NCBI GenBank assembly: GCA_963744995.1
Contig: CAVUWA010000002.1
Coordinates: forward strand, 224,001-288,000
Direction of reading: 5' to 3'
Origin: Candidatus Eiseniibacteriota bacterium
GTDB taxonomy: Bacteria; Eisenbacteria; RBG-16-71-46
DNA length: 64,000 nucleotides
The translations under genes were made by a program, and so were the position numbers. Below the pieces are notes generated by a model. The model searched no databases. It was not told the origin of the DNA and worked only from the letters and a program-made list of their open reading frames with translations. Position 1 is the first letter of the stretch; each line of letters starts with the position of its first letter. Below, one piece after another: positions 18,829-29,289 of the stretch.

Positions 18829-19026
18829 ATGCCGATCTGTGTGTATCTCTGTTACACGCCCGGCTGTCAGACCAAGATGGAGCGCTGGATGCGCACGGCC
18901 GAAGAAGGCGCGCAGGCCGAGATGGAATGCCCGCGCTGCGGCGCGACCATGAACTGTGCGTGGACCGGCACGCAGCAGAAGGCGCCCAACATGAAGGACG
19001 TCACGCCGCCCGGCTGGCAGAGCTGA
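18829..19026 (+). CDS. Small zinc-ribbon protein (FmdB-like)
   Basis: MPI.VYLC...GC ... ECPRCG. Confidence 0.7.
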   Translation: MPICVYLCYTPGCQTKMERWMRTAEEGAQAEMECPRCGATMNCAWTGTQQKAPNMKDVTPPGWQS

Positions 19027-19057
19027 GTCGCCGCGGCGCCGTGCCGGCGCCGCGGCG

Positions 19058-22000
19058 TCAGTCCTTCTCCGCCATCCCCAACGCCGCGCGCGCGGCCTCG
19101 AGATCGAGACGCGCGCCGCAGGTTTCGAACAGCGCTGCGGCGTGCTCGTAGTCGGCACGCGCCCCCGCGTCGTCGCCGGCCGCTGCCCTGAGCGCCGCGC
19201 GTCCGACCCGCGAACGCCCTTCGTGGATCCGCATGCCGAGTCGCTCGAAGCGGGCGATCACCGGATCCCAGAGCGCGGCATCGGCGCCGGCCTCCGCGGC
19301 GTCGGCGCGGGCTTTCGACATACGGACGATCGCACCCCACATCGGCGAGAGCGCTTCGATCCCCACCGAATCGGCCCGCCCGACGGTCTCGCGCACGAGC
19401 GCCATGTCGCCGGCGTCGGCGAATGCATGCGACGCCTCCGCGAGCCACACCAGCAGTACACCCCGCGAGTCGGTGCCCTCGAGGTGTTGCGCCCCGTTCT
19501 GGACGAGCCGGACGCCCTCCGCCGTCTCGCCGTGCCGGATCCGCGCCCAGCCGAGGCCCAGGTCCGAGTCCGTCAGCGGATACGTCTGCCCGGTCTGCAG
19601 GGCGGCCGCGTGGGTCGCGACCATGACGTCCAGCGCTTCGTCGAGGTCGCCGCGCTCCATGAGGCCCCGCGCGAGGACGATGTTCGTGAGGATCTCCAGA
19701 CGCTCTTCGCCGAGCCGGCGGGCCAGCTCGACGCCGGTACGCGCCGCCTGGATGGCCTCGTCGAGCTCGCCGCGCATCCGCAGGACGTGGGCGAAGCTGA
19801 ACTGCGCCCACGCAACGCGCGCCATCGCGCCGACGCGCCGGCCGATGGAGCTGTTCTTCTCGGAGGCGTCCTGCGCTTCGGCGAAGCGCCCGATCAGGAA
19901 GCTGTCCTCGGCGATGAACTCCCAGCCGACCGCCACGCCGGCAGGGCGGTCGAAGCGTTCGCCGATCTCGATCGCCTGGCGCGCGAGCGCGATGCTCTTC
20001 TCGTACTGGGCGTCGTGTTGGAACGCGCCGGCGAGGTAGCTGAGGATCGTGATCATCAGATCCGGATCCTCCGCCGTGTCGAACATGCCGCGCGCGCGTT
20101 CGAGCGTCTCGATCGCGGCATGGTGGTGCCCGCTCAAGTGGTCGTAGCGCGCCAGCGCGGTCAGGGCGTTCGCGAGTTCCAGACGCTGTGCATCGGGGTC
20201 CAGCTCCGCGAGCGCCTTTTCGAGGTGGGCACGGCCCCGCGGGTCGGCGGTCGTGACGTAGATGCCGCCGAGCAGCGAGCGGATTTCGGCGCGTTCGCCC
20301 GTCGTCTGTGCCAGCGCCAGTGCGCGCTCTCCGTGCTCGGCCGCCAGCGCCGTTTCGCCGCGGGCTTCGTGCACGTCCGCGAGCCGCCGCTCGACCGACA
20401 TGAGCCGCACGGTGTCTTCGAGCGCCTCCGCGCAATCGCGTGCGCGCTCGAGATGATCGAGCGCTTCGTCGAACGCGAACACGCGTCGCGCCTGTGCGGC
20501 GGCGGCGAGCGAATAGTCGTAGCCCTTCTCGAGGCTCCCGCCTTGCGCGAAGTGATAGGCGAGCTCCTGGACGTAGTCGTCGGCCTGCGCTCCATAGAGG
20601 TGCTCCAGCGATTCCCCGATCCGCTGGTGCAGCCGGCGCTGGCGGATCGGGTTCAGCTCATCGTGCAGCACCTCGCGGATCTTGTCGTGCGTGAACACGA
20701 AGCGCTCGCCGCCCTCGAGCCGCACGAGCTGCGCCGCCGAGGCCTCGTCGAGCGCGTCGAGCAGCGCGTCCTCGCCGGCGTCGCTCACCGCGGCCAGCGT
20801 GGTGAATTCGAACGCCTTGCCGAGCGCGGCCGCGGTGTGCAACACGGCGAGGCACGACTCGCTCAGCCGGTTCAGGCGCCGGCCGATCGCCGCCTTGATG
20901 CTCTGCGGAATCGTCAGCTCCTCGACGTCCTTGCGCTGCCAGCGGTTGCCCTCGCGGTAGATCTGGCCGTTCTCGATCAGCGACTTCACCACTTCCTCGA
21001 CGAAGAAGGGGTTGCCCTCGGTCTCGCGGTGAATTGCCGCGGCGAAGTCGCCGGAGACGCGCTCCTGGCTGAACATCGTCGCCAACATGCGCCGGGTGTC
21101 CTCGAGTGACAGGCGTGCGAGCGGCACGCGTGTCGCCAGCCGCTCGCGGTTCCACTCCACGAGCGCGGCCGACAGCGGATGCGCCCGGTCGAGCTCGACT
21201 TCGCGGTAGCAGCCGAGCACCAGCATGCGGTCCTCGCGCATGTTGCGCAGCACGTAGTGCAGCAGCTGCAGCGTGCCGTGATCGGCCCAGTGCAGGTCGT
21301 CGAGGAACACCAGCAGCCCGCGGCGCGCGGCCAGCGACTGCAGATAGCGCGCGAACGCGTCGAACAGGCGCAGGCGCTCCTGCTGCTCGCCGACCGGGGG
21401 CGGTGCAGGCTGCGGGCCGAGCTTGGCGTGGATCTCGGGCGCGAGGCGCGCCAGCTCCGGCGCCGTGTCGCCGAGGATCGAACCGAGCGTCTCGGCGGGC
21501 TGCTCGTTCACCCACTGCCGCAGTCCCTCGACCCAGGGCAGATAGGGCGTGGTGGCCTCGAATTCGTAGCAGCCACCCTGGAGGATCGTCGCGCCCTGCA
21601 GGCCGGCGAGGACGACCACCTCGCGGGCGAGGCGCGTCTTGCCGACGCCCGGCTCGCCCGAGACGAGCGCCATGTGCGAGCGGCCCTGCACGGACTGCAT
21701 CCACATCTCGCGGAGCTGCGCGATCTGCTCCTGACGCCCCGTCATGCGGCCGCGCGCGAGGCCGTCGAGGCGGACCGCATCTTCCTGCGCCGGCGTGGCG
21801 GACGTCGCCGCGCGGCCGTCGAGCGGCACCGCGGCGAGCGCCGCATCCAGCGCCTCGGCGTCCGGCCAGCGCTGCTCGCGATCCTTGGCGAGGCAACGCA
21901 CGATCGCGCGCTCGAGTTCCGCCGGCACGTCCTTGCGATACGCGCCCGGCGGCACGACCGGCGCATGCAGGTGCTGCGAGATCACCGCGAGCGGATCGTC

Positions 22001-22627
22001 GCCCTCGAACGGCAGCCGTCCGGCGGTCAGCTGGTAGAGCAGGACGCCGAGCGCGTAGAGGTCGGCGCGCCCGTCGGCCGGAATGCCGAGCGCCTGTTCG
22101 GGCGCGAAATACGCCGCCGTGCCGATCAGCGTACCTTCGCGCGTGAGGCGTGTGGAGTGGCTGAGCCGCGCCACGCCGAGATCGGTGAGCTTGATCGTCG
22201 CCGTGCCGCCGCCCGACTTCACCAGCACGTTCTCCGGCTTGAGATCGCGATGCACGATGCCGCTCGCGTGGGCGTGACCGAGCGCCGCGCACAGCTGGCG
22301 GCCGACCGAAACGACCTCGGCGACGTCCCACTCGCGGCGTGGATCGACCGGCGCGCCGTCGATCATCTCCATGACGATGAACGGCGTGTCGTCCGAGACG
22401 CCGGCATCGAAGACCGCGACGATGTTCGGATGCTGGAGCCGCGCTGCGGCCTGTGCCTCGTGGCGCCAGCGGGTGAGGGTCTCCTCGTCGGGCGCGTGGG
22501 CGCTCAGCACCTTCACCGCGACGTCGCGCTGCAGGGTGCCGTCGTGCGCGCGATACACGACGCCCATGGCGCCGCGGCCGATCTCGGCGTCGATCCGGTA
22601 GCGCTCTGCGAGGGTCCTGCCGATCAC
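19058..22627 (-). CDS. Ser/Thr protein kinase - AAA ATPase - TPR multidomain protein
   Basis: IGRGAMG, VAVK, HRDLKPEN, DLG, Walker A GEPGVGKT, Walker B LDDLHWAD, TEGNPFF, TPRs. Likely GTG start at 22627. Confidence 0.93.
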   Translation of the reverse strand: MIGRTLAERYRIDAEIGRGAMGVVYRAHDGTLQRDVAVKVLSAHAPDEETLTRWRHEAQAAARLQHPNIVAVFDAGVSDDTPFIVMEMIDGAPVDPRREWDVAEVVSVGRQLCAALGHAHASGIVHRDLKPENVLVKSGGGTATIKLTDLGVARLSHSTRLTREGTLIGTAAYFAPEQALGIPADGRADLYALGVLLYQLTAGRLPFEGDDPLAVISQHLHAPVVPPGAYRKDVPAELERAIVRCLAKDREQRWPDAEALDAALAAVPLDGRAATSATPAQEDAVRLDGLARGRMTGRQEQIAQLREMWMQSVQGRSHMALVSGEPGVGKTRLAREVVVLAGLQGATILQGGCYEFEATTPYLPWVEGLRQWVNEQPAETLGSILGDTAPELARLAPEIHAKLGPQPAPPPVGEQQERLRLFDAFARYLQSLAARRGLLVFLDDLHWADHGTLQLLHYVLRNMREDRMLVLGCYREVELDRAHPLSAALVEWNRERLATRVPLARLSLEDTRRMLATMFSQERVSGDFAAAIHRETEGNPFFVEEVVKSLIENGQIYREGNRWQRKDVEELTIPQSIKAAIGRRLNRLSESCLAVLHTAAALGKAFEFTTLAAVSDAGEDALLDALDEASAAQLVRLEGGERFVFTHDKIREVLHDELNPIRQRRLHQRIGESLEHLYGAQADDYVQELAYHFAQGGSLEKGYDYSLAAAAQARRVFAFDEALDHLERARDCAEALEDTVRLMSVERRLADVHEARGETALAAEHGERALALAQTTGERAEIRSLLGGIYVTTADPRGRAHLEKALAELDPDAQRLELANALTALARYDHLSGHHHAAIETLERARGMFDTAEDPDLMITILSYLAGAFQHDAQYEKSIALARQAIEIGERFDRPAGVAVGWEFIAEDSFLIGRFAEAQDASEKNSSIGRRVGAMARVAWAQFSFAHVLRMRGELDEAIQAARTGVELARRLGEERLEILTNIVLARGLMERGDLDEALDVMVATHAAALQTGQTYPLTDSDLGLGWARIRHGETAEGVRLVQNGAQHLEGTDSRGVLLVWLAEASHAFADAGDMALVRETVGRADSVGIEALSPMWGAIVRMSKARADAAEAGADAALWDPVIARFERLGMRIHEGRSRVGRAALRAAAGDDAGARADYEHAAALFETCGARLDLEAARAALGMAEKD

Positions 22628-22816
22628 GAAGCCTCCGGGGGGTGCCGTTCTGCAAGGGGGTCGAAAACCCCGGACAGGGTAAACACGATCGGCCATGACG
22701 GGAAAGCGGGGGGGGCGCGGCAGGGTAGCGGCTTGGATGCGCGCCACGTGGAAACGTTGCGTGAATCGTACCGGAACGGGGCGCGGGCGCGGCGCCGCGG
22801 GGCGCCGGGACGCCGC

Positions 22817-23656
22817 TCAGTTCATGTCGGCCAGGATCCGCCTGAGGTTCGCGCGGTGGGCCTCGATCGGCTCGCGGTCGTGCGCGTCGGGTCTCAGCTG
22901 CAGGTATTCTTTCAGGTCATCGAGGGCGAGCCCGTAGCGACGCAGGCGGTAGTGGAGCAGGCCGCGGTCGCGGATCTCGTCGGGGTCGCCCGGGTAGAGG
23001 ACCAGCAGGCGTTCCACCGCAAGCAGCGCGTTGGCGTCGTCCTCGGCGCGCAGGTAGGCCGCCTTGAGGTTGCGCAGCAGGCGCGTGATCATGTCGCGCT
23101 TGCTGGCCGCGGCCAGCAGGGCGTCGTGGTACTCGACGCGGCCGCCGGTGATCTCGTCCAGCATGCGGCGGCGGTCCTCTTCGTGCACCATCATGCCGCG
23201 GCGGTAAGGATCGATGATCAGATCCTCCTCCTCGCCGGTGAGGCGCACGAGGAAGTGCCCGGGGAAGCCGACGCCTTCGAGCGGCATGCCGATGCGGCGG
23301 CCGAGTTCCAGGAACAGGATACCGAGCGTCAGCGGAATGCCGCGGCGCCGCGCCATGACCTCGTTGAGCAGCGAATTGCTGGGACTGTAGTAGCTCTTCA
23401 CGTCCCCGCGGAGACCGAGATGCTCGAACGCGAAATTACGGAGGCGGGCCAGCTTCTGCAGGTTGTTGAAGCTGGGCTCCACGCGCCCCCGGAGCTCCTC
23501 GGCCCACGCGTCGATGCGGCGCAGCTCGCCCTGCACGTCCAGCCGCGGGTCGGATTCGGCGGCCACCAGCAGCGCCGCATGGACGAGGTCGAAGTCGGCG
23601 TCGGGACGGCCGACCATGCGGATGAAATCGGAGCGGATGCGTTCGTTGGCCTGCAT
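22817..23656 (-). CDS. SirB1-family protein (transglutaminase-like core plus TPR)
   Basis: YYSPSNSLL..V..RRRGIPLTLG, GVGFPGHFLV, RLLRNLK, EIRDRGL. Confidence 0.92.
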   Translation of the reverse strand: MQANERIRSDFIRMVGRPDADFDLVHAALLVAAESDPRLDVQGELRRIDAWAEELRGRVEPSFNNLQKLARLRNFAFEHLGLRGDVKSYYSPSNSLLNEVMARRRGIPLTLGILFLELGRRIGMPLEGVGFPGHFLVRLTGEEEDLIIDPYRRGMMVHEEDRRRMLDEITGGRVEYHDALLAAASKRDMITRLLRNLKAAYLRAEDDANALLAVERLLVLYPGDPDEIRDRGLLHYRLRRYGLALDDLKEYLQLRPDAHDREPIEAHRANLRRILADMN

Positions 23657-23691
23657 GTCCTCAATCGCTCCCCGCGTGGCGGTTGCGTTCG

Positions 23692-24792
23692 ATGAAGCCC
23701 GGGCCCGCCATGCTGCGCCGTCGCCTGCTCGGCTGGTACCGGCGCCGGCGCCGCGATCTGCCCTGGCGCCGCTCGCGCGACCCGTACCGGATCTGGGTGT
23801 CGGAGGTCATGCTGCAGCAGACCCAGGTCGCGACGGCGATTCCATACTATCAAACCTTCCTCGAGCGCTTTCCCGACGTGGAGGCACTCGCGCGCGCGCC
23901 GATCGACGAGGTGCTCGCCGCCTGGGCCGGCCTCGGCTACTACCGCCGCGCGCGGCACCTGCACGCCGCCGCCGGGATCGTCGTTCGCGAGCATGCCGGC
24001 CGCGTGCCGCAGGACCCGGAAGTCTTCCGCCGGTTGCCGGGAGTCGGCCGCTACTCGACCGGGGCGGTCCTCTCCATTGGTTTCGACCTGCCGCTGCCGG
24101 CGCTTGACGGCAACGTGGCGCGGGTCCTGTCGCGGCTGTTCGCCCTGGACGCGGCGATCCGCGAGCCCGCGGGGGCGAAGCGGCTGTGGGCACTGGCGGA
24201 GTCGCTCGTCCCCGCCAGAGACGCCGGCGACTGGAACCAGGCGCTGATGGAGCTCGGGGCGACGCACTGCGCACCGCGCGCGCCCGACTGCGGCGCCTGT
24301 CCGGTGGCGGCGCTGTGCGCGGCGCACGGTGCAGGCCGGGTCGCCCATTACCCGCCGGTACCGCCGCGGCGCGCGCCGAAGCCGGTGCGCCTCGCGATCG
24401 CATGGATCGAGCGCGACGGACGCGTGCTGATGCGGAAGCGCACCGGCACCCGTCTGCTGGAAGGGCTCTGGGAGCTGCCCGCGGTCGAGGTGGAGAGCAT
24501 TCGTGGCGCCCACGCCGCGCTCGAGCGGCACCTCGCCCGCCTCGGACTGGACGTGCGCCTTGCCGGCCGCGCCCGCACGCTGCGCCACGCGCTCACGCAT
24601 CGCGCGTTCCATGCGAGCGTTTGGTGCGGGACGCTGGTGCGCGGCCGGCGCCTGCGTGCGGGCCAGCGCTGGGTGGATCCGCTGCGGCCCGACGTGCCGC
24701 TCACCGGGCTCGCACGGCGCATCGCGGCGGAAAGGCGCACCGCGCCGCCGGCGCGGACTGCGGCGCGCGGGCGCCGTCCGCCGGGGGGCTAG
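23692..24792 (+). CDS. mutY: A/G-specific adenine glycosylase
   Basis: RDLPWR, WVSEVMLQQTQV, WAGLGYYRRA, LPGVGRY, DGNVARV, C-X6-C-X2-C-X5-C. Start could be 23683, 23692 or 23710. Confidence 0.96.
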   Translation: MKPGPAMLRRRLLGWYRRRRRDLPWRRSRDPYRIWVSEVMLQQTQVATAIPYYQTFLERFPDVEALARAPIDEVLAAWAGLGYYRRARHLHAAAGIVVREHAGRVPQDPEVFRRLPGVGRYSTGAVLSIGFDLPLPALDGNVARVLSRLFALDAAIREPAGAKRLWALAESLVPARDAGDWNQALMELGATHCAPRAPDCGACPVAALCAAHGAGRVAHYPPVPPRRAPKPVRLAIAWIERDGRVLMRKRTGTRLLEGLWELPAVEVESIRGAHAALERHLARLGLDVRLAGRARTLRHALTHRAFHASVWCGTLVRGRRLRAGQRWVDPLRPDVPLTGLARRIAAERRTAPPARTAARGRRPPGG

Positions 24793-25060
24793 GCGCTCCG
24801 CGCCGCGTGGCGCAGCGCCTCGCGCACCGCTGCCGCGATCCCGTTCGCGTCGATGCCGAACGCCGCGAGCAGCTTCTCTTTCGATCCCGAGTGCGGCATC
24901 CCGCGCACGGCCAGGATCCGCACCGGGCAGCGCCCGGCGAGCAGGGCGGCGACGGCCTCGCCCAGACCGCCCTCCGGATGGTGGTCCTCGGCGGTGAGCA
25001 CGAGCCCGGTCGCGTCGGCTGTTCATCTACCCGAACGGGGCAGAGATCGACGACCCTGCC
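24789..25060 (-). pseudogene. Transketolase C-terminal remnant
   Basis: VLTAEDHHPEGGLGEAV...LAVRGMPHSG....LL..FGIDA..I, preceded in another frame by degenerate RVVDLCPV. There is no room for the N-terminal domains. Confidence 0.75.
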
Positions 25061-25173
25061 GGCGACATGGTGGCGGTGCCGGACATGATCACCCCGGCGA
25101 GGTCGATGCGCTGGGGCGCGCTCAAGGCGAGGTACCGGTCGGGCACCGGCCCGTCGGATCGCCTGCACGCGCT

Positions 25174-27550
25174 TCAGAACCCCACCCGCAGCTGCCCGTA
25201 CACACCGCGCGTCGCCGCCGGGATGAAGTGCGGGACCAGCGCGCCCACCACGTCGTAGTCCATGTAGCCGCCCGTCGCATAGCGGGTGTCGAGCAGGTTG
25301 GTGACGCGCAGCGACAGCTCCGCACGGCCGGACCCCCACGGCACGCGCAACGCGGCCATCGCGTGCACGATCGTGTTCGGGCCGATGCTCGCGAGGATGT
25401 CCTCGTTGTTGTCCAGGTAGATGCGACCCGTGTAGTCCACGCCCAGCCCCGCGCGCGCGCCCTTCCAGCCCAGCACCAGGGCGGCGTGCGCCATGGTCTG
25501 CGGGAAGAAGCCGAGCGCGTTGCCGTCGTAGCGCAGCGTGTCGCCGGGCGCGGTCCCGTAGACCTCGCGGTACGAGTCGAAGTGGTTGTCGCCGAGCGTG
25601 GCGTTGCCCTGCAGCGTCACCTTGAGGTCGCGCGCCAGGGGCCGCTCGAGCGCGCCTTCCAGCTCGATTCCCTGATGCACCGATGACGCCGCGTTGCCGA
25701 CCACGGCGTAGCCGAGGTCGGTGTTGAACTGGCCCGCGAACACCAGCTCGTCCTCGAGATCCATGCGGAACAGCGTGGCACGCAGCCGCCACGACGGTCG
25801 CGACCACGCACCGCCCAGCTCCCAGTCGTTCACCTTCTCGGGTTTGACCAGCGGATCGCGGTAGATGTTGTTCGCGGTGTCGCTCACCCGGTAGAGCGGC
25901 GCGCTGCCCGGACCCTCGGCGTCGTAGAGATCGCGGAACGCCGGCTCGCGGCTCGAGCGCGCGAACGAGGCGTAGCCGCTGAGGTCCGCGCGCGGCGTCC
26001 ACATGAGGCCGAGGCGCGGGTTGAAGAAGTCGTAGGACTGATCGAAGCGGATGCGATCGAAGCGGTCGTCGCGCATGTGGTAGCCCTGATGCCGCCACGC
26101 GGCGTCCGCCGTGATGCGCCAGCGCGGCACGACCTCCCACTCGGCACGCGCGAACGCGCCCGCCGACAGCGTGCGCGGGTGATAGTCGTAGTAGCGCGGT
26201 TCGCCCTCGGTGCCGGGCGGCAGGCCGTTGCCGCTCAGCACCTCGCCCAGGTGGCGGCCGTCGGCGAAGCGCAACTCGCCGCCCGCGGTGAGCGCGCCCC
26301 ATGAGAACGACCGGCGCGCGCGCGGCACCCAGCCGAAGTGGCGGTTGACCACCGTGCGGCGGCGCACGACGTCGAACTTCGTCACGGTGACCCGCCCCTG
26401 GCCGTCGACGATCAGGTTGCCGTTCGAGTCCTGCGCGTAGTAGTCGCGGGGGTAGAGCGTGGAGTCGGTGGTCTGCCACTCGGGCAGCCGGAAGCCGGCG
26501 AGCGCGCGCCCGAAGCGCTGCTCGTCGTAGTAGCCGCTGCCGTCGTACCAGAACAGCGTCTGCGTGAGCGCCAGATCCGCCGCGGGCGTCCAGGTGTGGA
26601 TCAGCTCGTAATGCGGCTCGAAGAAATGGTCACGTTCTCCGGGGAACGTGATCGGGTTGTAGCGGCGGTCGCGGTCCGCGTCGCCGGTGATCATGCCGTC
26701 GAGATACGTTGCAGGCACGCCGAGATAGGCGAGGTGCGTTTCCTCCGGGCCGCCGTAGAGGTTCACGCGAATCTCCTGCGTGGCGGTACGGCGCCGCGCG
26801 GCGAGTGCGTACGACCACAGCTTCGAGAACGAATCGTCGCGGTAGCCGTCGGTCTCGATGCGCGAATAGCGCCCGTACAGGTTCCACCCGCCTGCGAGCA
26901 CGCCCGACCCCCCCTCGAGCATGAAGCGCCGCGTGTTCCACGAGCCGGTGGCGGCGAGCGCGTTGAGCTGCGGGGCGGAGGCGAACGGGCCGGTCTCGAC
27001 GTTCACCGCACCGCCCAGCGACGCGGCGCCGTACAGTGCCGAACCCACGCCGCGCTGCACCTGCACTTCGGCGGCCGAGGACAGCAGATCCGGGTGGTCG
27101 ATCCAGTAGACCTCGTGCGACTGCGGGTCGTTGAGCGGCACGCCGTTCACGAGCACGCTGATCCGCCGCTGCGGAAAGCCGCGCAGCGACAGGTACGAAT
27201 AGCCGATGCCGTTACCGGCGTCTGAGTACGCGTAGGCGCCGGGCAGCATGGCGAGCGCCATCGGCGTGTCCTGGCCGGTGTTGACGTCGCGCAGCGCGTC
27301 GCGGTCGAGCACCGAGCGCGTGACCGGCACGCGGTCGGACGCCCGCGAGGTGCTGACCTCGACACCCGGCAGCCGGACGACGTGCGGGAGCGTGTCGGGG
27401 ACCGCGCTCTGCGCGGCGGCGGCGCGCGCCGCGGCATGCGCCGGCGCGGTGGCCGCGATCAGAACGAGCAGCGCGAACGCGCCGTGACACGGCGGCGCGG
27501 CGGCGCCGGTTTCGTGCGCGGCGACTCGGGAGCGGGATGACGCGATGCAT
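25174..27550 (-). CDS. TonB-dependent receptor, probable thiamine/precursor uptake, frameshift in the N-terminal leader
   Basis: Plug motifs LRGF..NGVPLND, VQVQRGVGSALYGAASLGG and terminal F. The ATG at 27550 with GGAGG RBS is out of frame with the signal peptide and body. Confidence 0.88.
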
Positions 27551-27570
27551 GGGCACCTCCTCGGGATCGC

Positions 27571-28977
27571 CTACGCGCGCGCGCTCGCGCGCCGCGCGTG
27601 AGCCCAGCCGGGCGCGAACGTCAGCAGCGACGCCGCGAGGCCGGCATAGATGGGTTCGATGGACAGGGGATAGACCGCCGAGCCGTCGGGCGCGGCGGTG
27701 CGGCTGAAGATCCAGAACGCGCTCACCGCAGCGGGGACCAGCATGGCGGCGATCGTCCAGCGCGGACCCGGCACGGTGCGCCCGACGAGCGCCCACCCGA
27801 CCGGCAGCAGCAGCGCGGGTGTCACCAGCGAGCCGAGGTCGTGCCAGAGACCGACCACGGTCTGCCGGGAGAGCGCGAGCGCCACCGAAAACGCCGCCGC
27901 GATCCACAGTCCGATGCGTGTGTAGGCGGGTACCGCGTCTTCGCTGGCGTCGTTGCGAAAGCGCCAGACCACGTCGCGGCCGAGCGTCGAGGCGGCGATG
28001 AAGCCGTAGGAGTCGATCGTGCTCATCACCGTGGCGAGCATGCCGACGAAGAAGAAGCCGAGCAGGCCGGGCGGCAGCACCGTCTCGGCCAGCGCGGGGA
28101 ACGCACGCACCGGATCGTCGAGCGCCGGCAGCAGGGCGCGGGCGTAGAGCCCGGTGGTCGTGGTGAGGAAGTCGAAGCCCATCCAGAACAGCACCGAGAC
28201 CAGCACGGCACGCCGTGCCACCTTCGGATCGCGCGCTGCGAACGCGCGCTGCCAGAAGGCCGGCTCGACCAGCGTGCCGAGGGCGATGAAGTACCAGACC
28301 AGCACCGCCTGCGGCGGGTTGCCGCCGTTCCAGGTGAAGTGCGTCGCCGGCAGCGCGCCGTGCAGGAAGCCGAGCCCGCCGTAGCGCAGGAACAGCACCG
28401 CCACGATCGCAATGAAGCCGCCGAACATCAGCACGAACTGGAACACGTCGGTGCGCACCACGGTCGGCAGACCGCCCGACTGGATGTAGAACACCGACAT
28501 CACGGCACCGGCGACCACGCACGCGGCGAACGGCAGGCCGGTCATCGTGGCGAGCAGGGTGCCGAGGATCAGCACGTACGCCGCCGGCGCTGCGGTCACG
28601 AACACCGCGACCGCGCCCACCAGCGCAGGGCCGCGCCCGTAGCGCCGCGCGAGCAGATCCGGGATCGTGTAGAGCGAGGCCTCGCGCGCGCGCCGCGCGA
28701 ACAGCCACGCGAACAGCAATGCGCCCACGTAATACGGAACGCCGAACACGAGCCAGTTGCTCACGCCGTAGCGCCACGTGTATTCGCCGACGCCGAGGAT
28801 GCCGCCGTACCAGGTCGAGACCAGCGACATCACCAGCGCCGGCAGCGTGAGCCGGCGCCCGGCGACCAGGTAGTCGACGGTGCTCGAGCGCGCGCCGCGC
28901 TCGCGCCACCACACGGCGCCGAGCACGGCCACGTAGAGCGCAACGAGCGCCCAGTCGAGCGGATGGGTGCTGAACAT
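27571..28977 (-). CDS. Sodium:solute symporter (SSS) family, TPP-riboswitch regulated (ThiV-like)
   Basis: DYLVAGRRL, STWYGG, TIPDLL..RYG, GGL..VVRTD, QRAFAAR, MSTIDS. Confidence 0.92.
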   Translation of the reverse strand: MFSTHPLDWALVALYVAVLGAVWWRERGARSSTVDYLVAGRRLTLPALVMSLVSTWYGGILGVGEYTWRYGVSNWLVFGVPYYVGALLFAWLFARRAREASLYTIPDLLARRYGRGPALVGAVAVFVTAAPAAYVLILGTLLATMTGLPFAACVVAGAVMSVFYIQSGGLPTVVRTDVFQFVLMFGGFIAIVAVLFLRYGGLGFLHGALPATHFTWNGGNPPQAVLVWYFIALGTLVEPAFWQRAFAARDPKVARRAVLVSVLFWMGFDFLTTTTGLYARALLPALDDPVRAFPALAETVLPPGLLGFFFVGMLATVMSTIDSYGFIAASTLGRDVVWRFRNDASEDAVPAYTRIGLWIAAAFSVALALSRQTVVGLWHDLGSLVTPALLLPVGWALVGRTVPGPRWTIAAMLVPAAVSAFWIFSRTAAPDGSAVYPLSIEPIYAGLAASLLTFAPGWAHARRASARA

Positions 28978-29047
28978 CCTGCCTTGCCCCGGGGCGGCGC
29001 GGCCGCGTCCCGACGGGCGCCGCTCATGCGGCGCTGCGCCCGCGCGG

Positions 29048-29080
29048 AAAGCGAAAACGCCGCCCGCGAAGGGACGGCGC
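29048..29080 (-). terminator. Rho-independent terminator in the riboswitch expression platform
   Basis: Minus strand GCGCCGUCCC-UUCG-CGGGCGGCG followed by UUUUCGCUUU. Confidence 0.75.
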
Positions 29081-29109
29081 GAAGGAAGCAGGAGAGCCGA
29101 CTGTCCTTG

Positions 29110-29190
29110 CCGTTTCCCTACGCTGGTATGAGCCAGTTCAGGTTCGAAGGGTGTGCTCTCAGGCCCGCGCGGCGGGCCACCCCTAACGGA
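29110..29190 (-). ncRNA. TPP (thiamine pyrophosphate) riboswitch aptamer
   Basis: Minus strand CCGUU-AGGGGUG...CUGAGA..ACCCUUCGAACCUGAACUGGCUCAUACCAGCGUAGGGA-AACGG has the canonical UGAGA, ACCUGA and AGCGUAGGGA elements and a P1 stem. Confidence 0.97.
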
Positions 29191-29289
29191 AGTGCTCGTG
29201 AATGACGAGCGGGGGGAAGGATGCGCTTCGCGAGGCGTCCGGTCAAGGGGTGCAGCCCGGCCCGGCCAATCCGGCTGCAGCCGGACGCG

